DNA of 64,000 nucleotides. Origin: an uncultured delta proteobacterium. Its GTDB lineage: Bacteria > Myxococcota > Myxococcia > Myxococcales > Myxococcaceae. Each line of letters begins with the position of its first letter. Within the stretch, counting starts at the first letter, position 1. The notes under the pieces were generated by a model that saw only the letters and a program-made list of their open reading frames with translations, was not told the DNA's origin and made no database searches. Made by a program: the position numbers and the translations under genes. The stretch covers positions 96,001 to 160,000 of the forward strand of contig CAVYSY010000040.1 of NCBI GenBank assembly GCA_963771175.1. The letters are read 5' to 3'. Of the stretch, positions 9,597 through 20,820 are shown one piece after another.

Positions 9597-11549
9597 ATGG
9601 ACCTCTACAGCGCCGCCAAGCGGATGAACCGGCCGTTCCGGTTCTCGAATCCGGCCTCGTACCGGGAGATCTCCCTGGCCAGTCGCGGGATGATCGGCGA
9701 CGGCATCACCTGCGCCCTGATCCGACCCGATGGCATCATCGACTGGCTCTGCCTCCCGCGCTTCGACAGCCCGAGCGTCTTCGCGGGGATCCTCGATGAG
9801 GAGAAGGGGGGAAGCACGGGCATCACCCCGGTCACCTGGCCCTTCGAGAGCCTGCAGCGGTACGACCCGGGCACCAACGTCCTGGAGACGCTCTTCCGCG
9901 TCGAGCGCCAGGGCGTCGTGCGGATCATCGACTACATGCCCTGGACGAACGACCCGCGGGCCACCATCCACGAGGTCCACCGGCGCATCGAGTGCGTGGA
10001 GGGCTCGCTCGACCTGAAGGTCGTCTTCGATCCGCGGTTCCGGTACGGGGAATCGCAGACGCGGGTGGAGCGCGCGGAGCACGGGCTGGTCGCGCATGGG
10101 GCCCTGGGCGAGCGGATGGTCGCGGTCTTCGATGGGGAGGCCCACTGGGAGCGCCATGGCGAGACGGGCCTCCAGGCGCACATCCGGCTCGGCAACGGGG
10201 AGCGGCGCTGGATGGTGCTGGCCTGGGACTCGGATCGGCCGGAGCCCATCGCCGCGTACCGGCCCTTCGAGCTGCTCCGGGCCACCCGGCAGGCCTGGCG
10301 CGAGTGGTCCCAGCGCCTGCGGTACGAGGGGCCCTGGCGGCACCATGTGCTGCGCTCGGCGCTGGTGCTGAAGCTGCTGATGTACGCGCCCACCGGCGCC
10401 ATGGTGGCCGCGCCCACCACGTCACTCCCCGAGTGGATTGGTGGGCCCCGGAACTGGGACTACCGCTTCAGCTGGGTCCGTGACGCGGCCATGGCCGTGC
10501 GCGCCACCAACCTCATCGGCTACCCGGACGAGTCCCGGGAGTTCTTCTACTTCGTGCGCGACACGTTGCTCCACGGTGAGGCCCTCCAGGTGATGTACTC
10601 GCTGGATGGCGGGCCCGTGCCCCCGGAGCAGCGCCTCGAGCTCCTGGCCGGGTTCCAGGGCTCAGGCCCGGTGCGGATCGGGAATGATGCGCGCGAGCAG
10701 CTCCAGTTCGACACCGCCGGCGCGCTGCTCGACGCGGCCTACCTTTACGAGCGATTCGGGGGCCGGCTGCCGCTGCGCACCTGGGGGCTGTTGAAGCGGG
10801 TCATCCAGACCACCGCCCGCCGCTGGCGCGAGCCGGACCATGGCATCTGGGAGCCGCGCCGGGGAATGCGCCACAACGTGCACTCCAAGCTCATGTGCTG
10901 GCTGGCGCTCCACCGCGGGGCGCACCTGGCCCGCCTCTTCGCCGAGCCCTCCATGGTGGAGCTGTGTACCCGCGAGGCGGACCTCATCCGCAACGACATC
11001 CTCTGTCACGGTGTTGATCCCTCGGGAAAGCACTTCGTGGGCTTCTATGGAGGGAACGAGCCGGATGCCGCGCTGCTGCAGCTGCCCATCGTGGGGTGCT
11101 TCCGGGCGTGCGAGCCGCTCGTGCAGCAGACCATCGACTGGTTGCGCGCGGAGCTGGGGGCGGGACGGTTCCTCCGGCGCTACCGGATGGACGACGGGGT
11201 AGGGGGCCCCGAGGGGGCCTTCCTCCTGTGTGGCTTCTGGCTCGTGGAGGCGCTGACGCTGTGCAACCGCCTCGAGGAGGCCGAGAAGGTCTTCGTGGTG
11301 CACGCCGAGGCCGCCAACCACCTCGGGCTGCTCGCCGAGGAGGTCCATCCGCTCACGCGCGAGCAACTGGGCAACTTCCCCCAGGCCTTCAGCCACCTGG
11401 GGTTGATCAACGCCGCCGCGCGCATCGATCTGGCGCTCCGGATGCGGGACGAGGGCGAGAAGGCGCCACCGCACCTGCTCGACTCCGAGCCACCCCCCAT
11501 CCCGGGGAGCGTCTGCCAGGACGTGTGGCTTGGGGGAGGTGAGGGCTAG
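9597..11549 (+). CDS. Glycoside hydrolase family 15 (trehalase/glucoamylase-like)
   Basis: IDWLCLPRFDSPSVF, AAPTTSLPE, RNWDYRFSWVRD and GNFPQAFSH motifs. Confidence 0.9.
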   Translation: MDLYSAAKRMNRPFRFSNPASYREISLASRGMIGDGITCALIRPDGIIDWLCLPRFDSPSVFAGILDEEKGGSTGITPVTWPFESLQRYDPGTNVLETLFRVERQGVVRIIDYMPWTNDPRATIHEVHRRIECVEGSLDLKVVFDPRFRYGESQTRVERAEHGLVAHGALGERMVAVFDGEAHWERHGETGLQAHIRLGNGERRWMVLAWDSDRPEPIAAYRPFELLRATRQAWREWSQRLRYEGPWRHHVLRSALVLKLLMYAPTGAMVAAPTTSLPEWIGGPRNWDYRFSWVRDAAMAVRATNLIGYPDESREFFYFVRDTLLHGEALQVMYSLDGGPVPPEQRLELLAGFQGSGPVRIGNDAREQLQFDTAGALLDAAYLYERFGGRLPLRTWGLLKRVIQTTARRWREPDHGIWEPRRGMRHNVHSKLMCWLALHRGAHLARLFAEPSMVELCTREADLIRNDILCHGVDPSGKHFVGFYGGNEPDAALLQLPIVGCFRACEPLVQQTIDWLRAELGAGRFLRRYRMDDGVGGPEGAFLLCGFWLVEALTLCNRLEEAEKVFVVHAEAANHLGLLAEEVHPLTREQLGNFPQAFSHLGLINAAARIDLALRMRDEGEKAPPHLLDSEPPPIPGSVCQDVWLGGGEG

Positions 11550-11561
11550 TCGTCGTCGCTT

Positions 11562-11687
11562 TCAGCGGGGGCGCTGGAGGGACTCGCGCCGGGCGGCGAC
11601 GGTGAGCCCCAGCGCCAGCAGGGGGAGGATGACGGCGAGGCCCAGCGGCAGATGGACCAGGGCGGGATGGAGGGGTAGGTTCGACAT
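11562..11687 (-). pseudogene. Truncated DUF2231-like membrane protein fragment
   Basis: MSNLPLHPALVHLPLGLAVILPLLALG matches the HPxxVHxP N-terminus of that family, with a good RBS (AAGGAG), but it stops after 41 aa against the end of the GH15 gene. Confidence 0.45.
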
Positions 11688-11722
11688 GATGGGTCTCCTT
11701 TTTTTCTCTGCCTGAGATAGCC

Positions 11723-12370
11723 ATGGGCGCCATGTCCCTCCATCCAGCAAACGACCCAGTGCCAGAGAAGCCCAGGAATTCCGAGGACCTGGCTTCTTCG
11801 CCTGCGACGGATGACGCAGCGGTTCCCTCCCGGTGGGGACGTGTCGTCCCCGGGGCGCTCTTCGCCGCCATCGCGGTGCTTATCGGGGTGGATGTGGTAG
11901 GCGACCAGGCTTCCGGTGCGAGCGGCTTACACCTGGGCGCCGAGAGCGTGGTGTTCCTGCTCGCCTTGTCGGGGCTCGTCTGGCTGTGGGGGCAGATGAT
12001 CTTGTCCCGGCAACGGGCGAGGCAGCTCCAACAGCGGCTCACCGATGCACGCGCGGATGTAGGACGCCTGCAGGCGGACGCGGCCCTCTGGCGGAACGAG
12101 GCCCAATCGCTGCTCCAGGGATTGGGCGTGGCGATTGATCGACAATTCGCCCAGTGGTCGCTCTCGGCGGCCGAGCGGGAGGTGGGCTTGCTGCTCCTCA
12201 AGGGCCTGGCGCTGAAGGACATCGCCGATGCCCGGGGCACCAGTGAGCGCACCGTGCGCCAGCAGGCGCTGACGGTGTACCGCAAGGCCGGGCTCGCCGG
12301 GCGGGCGGAGCTTTCCGCCTTCTTCCTGGAGGACCTGCTGCTGCCGCGAGCCCCCCATCCGGAGGGCTGA
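11723..12370 (+). CDS. Membrane-anchored LuxR-family transcriptional regulator
   Basis: Two TM helices, a coiled coil, and a C-terminal HTH LSAAEREVGLLLLKGLALKDIADARGTSERTVRQQ. Confidence 0.85.
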   Translation: MGAMSLHPANDPVPEKPRNSEDLASSPATDDAAVPSRWGRVVPGALFAAIAVLIGVDVVGDQASGASGLHLGAESVVFLLALSGLVWLWGQMILSRQRARQLQQRLTDARADVGRLQADAALWRNEAQSLLQGLGVAIDRQFAQWSLSAAEREVGLLLLKGLALKDIADARGTSERTVRQQALTVYRKAGLAGRAELSAFFLEDLLLPRAPHPEG

Positions 12371-12415
12371 GGGGCTCGGTTCCGTTCGTGTCCGGCGCCG
12401 AACGGGGCGCGGGTG

Positions 12416-12437
12416 TTCATGAGAGAATTCTCATGAA
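12416..12437. promoter_or_regulatory. AT-rich palindrome, candidate operator upstream of the cytochrome operon
   Basis: TTCATGAGA-GAAT-TCTCATGAA, a perfect 9-4-9 inverted repeat about 105 bp before the ATG at 12542. Confidence 0.5.
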
Positions 12438-12541
12438 ATCAAGCGTTTTCCGGCAGAGGGGTTTTACACCGCGAGTCATTGTTCCCTAGAATCCACTTCT
12501 GGACAGGGCGGCATGGGGGCCGCCTTCCAGAGTAGGGAGTC

Positions 12542-14765
<2,224 letters not shown>

Positions 14766-14769
<4 letters not shown>

Positions 14770-16595
14770 GGGGCTCTCCACGTCCTACCGGGAGCGCCCC
14801 CCTCGCGTGGGCACTCGCCGCCGTGCTGCTGCTGGGCGCCTCTCTGGCCCATGCCGGGGACTTCTTCTCGCCGGGCGAGCTTGCCCGCCCCCACGCCTCG
14901 TTGGAGGGCCTGTCCAACTGCACGAAGTGCCACGAGGCCGGACAGAAGCTCTCCCAGGAGCGCTGCCTCTCCTGCCACACGGAGCTCGCCAGCGGCATTC
15001 GCAAGGGAGAGGGCTTCCACGGCAAGCTCTCCCAGTCCGAGCGCGCCTGCGAGTCCTGCCACAGCGAGCACCAGGGCCGCGAGCATGCGCTGGTGAACTG
15101 GGGGCCGAAGAAGCAGGGCGGCTTCGACCATGGCGCCCGGACGGGCTTCGCGCTGGAGGGTCAGCACGCCAGGTCCTCGTGTGAGAAGTGCCACGAGCCC
15201 CGGCTCATCGTGGACGAGGCGCTGCGCGCCCTGCTGAAGAAGCAGCCCGAGCGCAAGACGTTCCTCGGCCTCGCCACCGGGTGCAAGGCCTGCCACTTCG
15301 ACGAGCACCGCGGACAGCTCGGCGCGAAGTGCGAGCAGTGCCACACCCCGAAGGCGTGGAAGCCCGCCACCGGGTTCGACCACGCGAAGACGGACTTCGC
15401 CCTGGAGGGCGCGCACCGCAAGGTGGCCTGCACCGAGTGCCACTCGGCGACGCAGACGGACGCTCGGCCCCCGGACACCTTCCCCGCGCCGCGCTCGGCC
15501 ACCTTCGCCCGCTTCGAGAAGCTGCCCCACGCGAACTGCCTGGACTGCCACGAGGACACGCACCAGGGCCGCTTCGGCGAGCGCTGCGAGAGCTGCCACA
15601 CCGTGGAGAGCTGGCATCAGATCCGCAACGCGCAGAAGGACCGGGAGTTCCACGACAAGACGCGCTTCCCCCTGCGCGGGCTCCACCTGGACGTGGCCTG
15701 CAAGAGCTGCCACGGCCCGTTCCCCGGGAAACCGGCGCGTTTCAAGGGCCTCGCCTTCTCCTCGTGCGAGTCGTGCCATGCGGACGCGCACCTGGGACAG
15801 CTCGCCAGCACCAACGGCCGGGGGCCCGCGTGCGAGCAGTGCCACACCGTGGAGGGCTTCACCCCCGCGCGCTTCGATCTCGAGGACCACGCGAAAACGA
15901 AGTACCCGCTGGAGGGAGGTCACCTCGCGGTGGCCTGCACCTCCTGCCATCGCGAGGAGCCGCTGCTCACCAAGAAGGTGTCCGCGGCGCGCCAGGAGCT
16001 CGCGCGCAAGGGCCGCCCGATGCGCTTCAGTCTGATGTTGTTCGACTTCCCCTCGCGGGCCACCAGCGGATGCGAGAGCTGCCACTCGGATCCGCACGCG
16101 GGCCAGTTCACCGGGAAGGGCGGGTGCGCCACGTGCCACCAGGTGGACTCGTTCCACTCGCTGCGCTTCCAGCATGACCGGGACAGCCGCTTCCCGCTCA
16201 CCGGAAAGCATGCTTCCGTCGCGTGCGCGTCCTGCCACCCGTCCGTCGGGGAGAAGGGCCGCGAGCGGGTGCTCTTCCGCCCGATGGAGACGGACTGTGC
16301 CTCCTGCCACGAGGACGCGCACGCGGGCCAGTTCGCGCCGAAGCCGGGCCAGCCCACCGACTGCACCCAATGCCATGACACCTCGGGTTTCAAGCCCGCC
16401 CACTTCACCCACTCGCCTCCCTTCACCGACTTCCTCCTCCAGGGGCGTCACGCGGACGTGCCGTGCGAGCGGTGTCATCGCGCGGTGCCGGTGGGCGGAG
16501 GCGTCGAGGTGCGTCGGTTCGTGGGCCTCCCCAGGGACTGCGCGGGCTGCCACGCCGATGCCCACAAGGGTGCCTTCCAGGGGTTCCAGCCATGA
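14766..16595 (+). CDS. Periplasmic multiheme cytochrome c (20 CxxCH)
   Basis: GTG start overlaps the upstream TGA. Signal peptide (AWALAAVLLLGASLAHA). 20 CxxCH motifs counted, in tri-heme repeats FxLxGxH..CxxCH..CxxCHxDxHxG..CxxCH. Confidence 0.9.
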
Positions 16596-17479
16596 ACGCG
16601 CGCTTCGTCTCCGTGCTCCTCGGCCTGCTCGCGCTGGCGCTGCTCGGCGCGGCACCGCCCCCACCCGCGCCCCAGCCTCGGGAGAAGCCGCTGGACATGT
16701 CGCTCATCCCCTCGCGACTGGTCCCCAAGACGGCGGCGCCGGGCCATCCACAAACGAAGTGTGAGCTCTGCCATTCGCCCTCGGGCTGGCACGAGGCCCA
16801 CTTCCCCCACGATCGCACCGGCTTCCCGCTCCAGGGCGCGCATGGCTCGGTGGGGTGCAAGGCGTGCCACACCCAGGGCTTCGAGTCGCCCCCGCCCCGC
16901 CAGTGCTCCGGCTGCCACCGCGATGCGCATGCCGGCGAGTTCGGCCAGCGGTGCGAGGGCTGTCACGAGTCCACGAGTTGGGCCGCCCGGTTCGACGCGG
17001 ACGCGCACCGCCGGACGAACTTCCCACTGGTGGGCCGGCACGCGATGCTGCCCTGCCAGGAGTGCCACGTGGATCAGCGCGGCCCCGTCTTCAGCCGCAA
17101 GACGGTGGAGTGCATCGGCTGCCACCAGCGCGACTACGAGCGCACGCGGTTGGTGTCGCTCGACCATGCGGCACTCGGATTCAGCACCGACTGCCGGCAG
17201 TGCCATGGCCCCTGGCGCTTCCAGGGCGCGCGCTTCCCCGGCCACGACGCCTGCTTCCAGCTCAGCCGGGGCGATCACGTCGGCCTGACCTGCCAGAGTT
17301 GCCACACCTCGCTCACGGGGCTCTCCGCCACCGGGGCCTGCGCCACCCGCACGGCCTCATGCAGCGGCTGCCACGAGCACTCCTGCTCCCACATGGATTC
17401 GGAGCACCAAAAGGTGCCTGGTTATCAGTGCAAGGATTTGAAGTGTTACGAGTGCCACCGCTTCTCGGTAAAACCCTGA
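16592..17479 (+). CDS. Decaheme cytochrome c
   Basis: ATGA overlap with the upstream gene, signal peptide MNARFVSVLLGLLALALLGA, 10 CxxCH motifs counted. Confidence 0.9.
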   Translation: MNARFVSVLLGLLALALLGAAPPPPAPQPREKPLDMSLIPSRLVPKTAAPGHPQTKCELCHSPSGWHEAHFPHDRTGFPLQGAHGSVGCKACHTQGFESPPPRQCSGCHRDAHAGEFGQRCEGCHESTSWAARFDADAHRRTNFPLVGRHAMLPCQECHVDQRGPVFSRKTVECIGCHQRDYERTRLVSLDHAALGFSTDCRQCHGPWRFQGARFPGHDACFQLSRGDHVGLTCQSCHTSLTGLSATGACATRTASCSGCHEHSCSHMDSEHQKVPGYQCKDLKCYECHRFSVKP

Positions 17480-17498
17480 AGTCCTCCCGGAGGCCGTC

Positions 17499-18509
17499 AT
17501 GACCACCCACTTCCTTCCAGGCCGTCTCCTCTGCCTGATCGTGCTGCTGGCACTGACCGGCGCCTGCAGCCAGGGGTCCGCGGTTCCCAAGGCGCCCTCC
17601 GTCACCGCGCTCACCTTCGAGACGCATACGGCCTTCCCCGTCGCCGCCGGGGCACACGCGCGCACCGACTGCAACTCCTGTCACGGGGACTTCGATACCT
17701 TCCAGGAGTTCTCCTGTCTGGGTTGCCACGAGCACTCGCGGGATGTGACGGACCCGCGCCACGCGAGCATCCCCGACTACGCCTGGGACAGTGCGAAGTG
17801 CTACGAGTGCCACGCCGATGGCACGGCCGCGGGCGTGGACCACACCGCCTTCTTCCCCATCCAGGCTGGCACCACCCACTCAGGCATCGCCTGTTCCACC
17901 TGCCACGTGGTCCCCACCAACCGGAAGGTGGTGGACTGCATCACCTGCCACACCGCCCCGGAGACGACCCCGCGCCACAACGGCATCCCCGGCTATGAGT
18001 GGACGAGCCCCAATTGTCTCGTGTGCCACCCGAAGGGGGACGTCCAGGGCATCGACCACACCGCCTACTTCCCCATCCAGGCTGGCGCCTCCCACTCGGG
18101 CATCGCCTGCGCCACCTGCCACATGAACCCCACCAACCGGAAGGTGGTGGACTGCCTCACCTGCCACACCGCCGCGGAGACCGACCCGCAGCACGGCAAG
18201 GTCGGCGGCTACGCGCGGGACTCGGCCCGGTGCGTGCGCTGCCATGGCGACTCGCAGGTGGATCGCGTTTCCACCCACCTGCCCTTCGCCATCCTCTCCG
18301 GCTACAAGCACTACAGGACGTCGTGCCTCGAGTGTCACCCGGTGGCCCGCACGGACAAGCCCTTCGCCCAGGACTTCAACCCCTTCGACTGTCTCTCCTG
18401 CCACTCGAAGGGCGACATGGATGACAAGCACAAGGGCTTCTCCGTCTACCGCTACGTGTCCACCACGTGCGTGACGAGCGGCTGCCACGCCAACGGTCGG
18501 AAGCCCTGA
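17499..18509 (+). CDS. Lipoprotein multiheme cytochrome c (11 CxxCH + 1 CxxxxCH)
   Basis: Lipobox LTGA-C, four tri-heme repeats of about 72 aa, last motif CVTSGCH. Confidence 0.9.
   Translation: MTTHFLPGRLLCLIVLLALTGACSQGSAVPKAPSVTALTFETHTAFPVAAGAHARTDCNSCHGDFDTFQEFSCLGCHEHSRDVTDPRHASIPDYAWDSAKCYECHADGTAAGVDHTAFFPIQAGTTHSGIACSTCHVVPTNRKVVDCITCHTAPETTPRHNGIPGYEWTSPNCLVCHPKGDVQGIDHTAYFPIQAGASHSGIACATCHMNPTNRKVVDCLTCHTAAETDPQHGKVGGYARDSARCVRCHGDSQVDRVSTHLPFAILSGYKHYRTSCLECHPVARTDKPFAQDFNPFDCLSCHSKGDMDDKHKGFSVYRYVSTTCVTSGCHANGRKP
17838..18186 (+). repeat. Intragenic duplication with 216-bp period in the lipoprotein cytochrome
   Basis: gaccacaccgcct(t/a)cttccccatccaggctggc...cccaccaaccggaaggtggtggactgc recurs at 17838 and 18054. 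Confidence 0.8.
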
Positions 18510-20290
18510 TGCGCGTCCCTGGATTGCTGCTGCTCTGTCTGCTCGCCGGCCCGGTGGTTTCCGCCGCGCCCCGGAAGTCCCCTGGCTCCCAGGTGCGGCG
18601 CTCGAAGAAAAAGGCGGCCCCCTCCAGGGTTCCCGCCAGCGCGCCAGTGAAGGGCGCGGAGGACCCGTCGGCCACACCCGAGCGGCCCCCTCCGCCCGCC
18701 CGGGCCACGCGTGGGTCCCCGCCGGCCTGGGGCTCCGTCACCTACGTCAGCGGGGGGCGGGTGTACCTGGATAGGGGGCGGGACGAGGGACTGGAGAAGG
18801 GCCTCGAGCTGGCGCTCTCGCGCCGGGGACGGCCGGCCGGCGCCTGCCGCATCGAGTGGGTGGCGGACCACAACGCCGCTTGCCAGGGACAGGGCCTGCG
18901 CACGGGAGATCGCTTCGACCTCCCCCGGCGCGAGGTGGCCTCATCCGCTCCCGCGAGACCCCAGCCCGCGTCCACGGCCGAGCTCACCCGCCGACGCGCC
19001 CTGCTGGAAACGGCCCCCCAGCCACTCACCGAGTACGCGGCGGGGACGGTCGGGAGCACGCGGCGCTCGCCGGTGCAGGTGGAGCTCGGGCATACGAGCT
19101 GGGTGTCCACCACCGCGGGCGACTTCCACCAGGAGCGGGTGGACGTGTCGCTCAGGGAGATGCCGCTGGGGGCGGGGTTCCGCCTGTCCTTCGATGCCAG
19201 CGCGCTGGCCTGGACGGGGCGCCCGGAGGACTTCCGCTCGCCCTCTCGCACGGTGGCACGGCTCTACGTGCGCGAGGGCGAGGTGACGCACCGCGAGCCC
19301 GGTCAACACCTCGCGCTGGCGGTGGGGCGCGTGTGGCCCTGGTACGTGCCGGGCGTGGCGATGTTCGACGGAGCGCAGGTGGGCTGGCGCAGCAAGGACG
19401 GCGGGCTCGAGGTGGGAGGCTTCGGCGGCGGAGTGCCGGACCCGGTCACGCTGGAGCCCAGTTTCCGGCGCCTGGCGGCGGGTGCCTACGTGGCGGGACG
19501 GTACACGGGGGCCTCGGGAAGCACGCTGCGCCTGCTGCAACACGAGGCCCGGGTGTCCTTCATGTCCGCGCCCGAGTACGGCAACCGTGTGGAGGCCGAG
19601 GGACGGGTCCGCGCCTGGCTGGGAAGCTCCACGGACGTGGGCGCCTGGGTGCGACTGGGGCTGGGAGATGCGATGGCTCCGGCGGCCGTGGATGCGGCGC
19701 GGCTGGACGTGGACGTGCGCCCCTCGGAGGCGTGGAGGCTCTCCGGTCGCGTGCGGTACACGGGGACGATGGCGCTCGACGTCCCCGCGCCGCTGGACGA
19801 GCTGTCGCTCCGGAGCCGCTCGGTGAACGCGGACGTGACGGCCACCTGGCAACCGGTGCCGTCGCTCTCGGCCGGTGTCACGGGCCTGCTGGCGAGGGAC
19901 ATCGAGACGGCGCTCGCGAGGCAGCTCGTGGGCCCGGAGTTGGCGTTCCCCCGCCTCTTTGGAAACCGGGGAGGACTCTCGCTGGGCTACCTGGAGGAAC
20001 TGGGCTGGATGCGAGGCCGGAGTGCCCATGTGCAGGCGGTGCTGCGGCCCGCCGAGCCGTTGCGGCTGCTCGGGCGCGTGAGCTGGTTCGAGGAGCAGTC
20101 GGTGGACGGGTCCGTGGAGATGCCGTCCACGCGCGAAGTGGGCCTGTACGCCAGCACCGAGTACTCCCCGGCGCGCTGGCTGTCGGTGCGCGTCTCGGTG
20201 CTCGCCCGCGTCGCCGCCAACGAGCTGGCCGAGGACACCGCCCCGCCCGGCGGGCTCGTGGGCCACGCGAGCCTGGCCGGTTCGTTCTGA
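18509..20290 (+). CDS. Putative outer-membrane beta-barrel protein (porin partner of the cytochromes)
   Basis: TGATG overlap, signal peptide, many alternating amphipathic strands, C-terminal GHASLAGSF with the terminal Phe typical of OMPs. Confidence 0.7.
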   Translation: MRVPGLLLLCLLAGPVVSAAPRKSPGSQVRRSKKKAAPSRVPASAPVKGAEDPSATPERPPPPARATRGSPPAWGSVTYVSGGRVYLDRGRDEGLEKGLELALSRRGRPAGACRIEWVADHNAACQGQGLRTGDRFDLPRREVASSAPARPQPASTAELTRRRALLETAPQPLTEYAAGTVGSTRRSPVQVELGHTSWVSTTAGDFHQERVDVSLREMPLGAGFRLSFDASALAWTGRPEDFRSPSRTVARLYVREGEVTHREPGQHLALAVGRVWPWYVPGVAMFDGAQVGWRSKDGGLEVGGFGGGVPDPVTLEPSFRRLAAGAYVAGRYTGASGSTLRLLQHEARVSFMSAPEYGNRVEAEGRVRAWLGSSTDVGAWVRLGLGDAMAPAAVDAARLDVDVRPSEAWRLSGRVRYTGTMALDVPAPLDELSLRSRSVNADVTATWQPVPSLSAGVTGLLARDIETALARQLVGPELAFPRLFGNRGGLSLGYLEELGWMRGRSAHVQAVLRPAEPLRLLGRVSWFEEQSVDGSVEMPSTREVGLYASTEYSPARWLSVRVSVLARVAANELAEDTAPPGGLVGHASLAGSF

Positions 20291-20315
20291 GGGGCAGGGC
20301 GCCCGCCTGAAAGCA

Positions 20316-20349
20316 GAAAGGCCGCCCCTCGGGAGAGGGAGCGGCCTTC
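20316..20349 (-). terminator. Rho-independent terminator of rpmF (possibly bidirectional)
   Basis: Hairpin AAGGCCGC-CCCTC/GAGGG-A-GCGGCCTT with a T-rich tail on the minus strand, between convergent genes. Confidence 0.7.
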
Positions 20350-20379
20350 GTGCCTTCCAGTGGGGCTGGAGTCAGCTGA

Positions 20380-20568
20380 TCAGGCCTGAGCGCCCGGCAC
20401 CGTCTCGCGGCCCTTGTAGAAGCCGCACGCCGCGCAGGCGCGGTGCGGAAGCACCGGCTCCTTGCAGTTGGTGCACTTAATCACCTGCACAGCGGTCCGC
20501 AGGTTGTTGTTGGCCGCGCGACGGCGGTCACGACGCATCTTGGAAGTACGCTTCTTGGGAACACCCAC
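20380..20568 (-). CDS. rpmF: 50S ribosomal protein L32
   Basis: GVPKKRTSKMRRDRRR, CTNC...HRAC..CGFYKGR zinc ribbon. Confidence 0.95.
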   Translation of the reverse strand: MGVPKKRTSKMRRDRRRAANNNLRTAVQVIKCTNCKEPVLPHRACAACGFYKGRETVPGAQA

Positions 20569-20649
20569 GGCTCACCTCTATATCGTCACGGCCCTGGACC
20601 CCGGGGCTTCCCCACCGGTCCCGACCGGCAAAAGCTCGGAAGGCGGCGG

Positions 20650-20678
20650 ACCCTAGCCGCTCGGAACGTGTGAGTCAA
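20650..20678 (-). promoter_or_regulatory. Putative sigma70 promoter of rpmF
   Basis: Minus strand TTGACT-17 bp-TAGGGT. Confidence 0.5.
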
Positions 20679-20820
20679 CGCGCCTGTGCGGGGGAACGCC
20701 GTGCCCTGGTCCAACCGGGGCCGGGGTGCCGGCATTCTTACGCCCACCCGCCCGAATCTGTCCACCTGCCTGCTCTCCAGGCTCCCTCCTCCGGGGCGTC
20801 CATGGAAGGATGCGCCGCCC

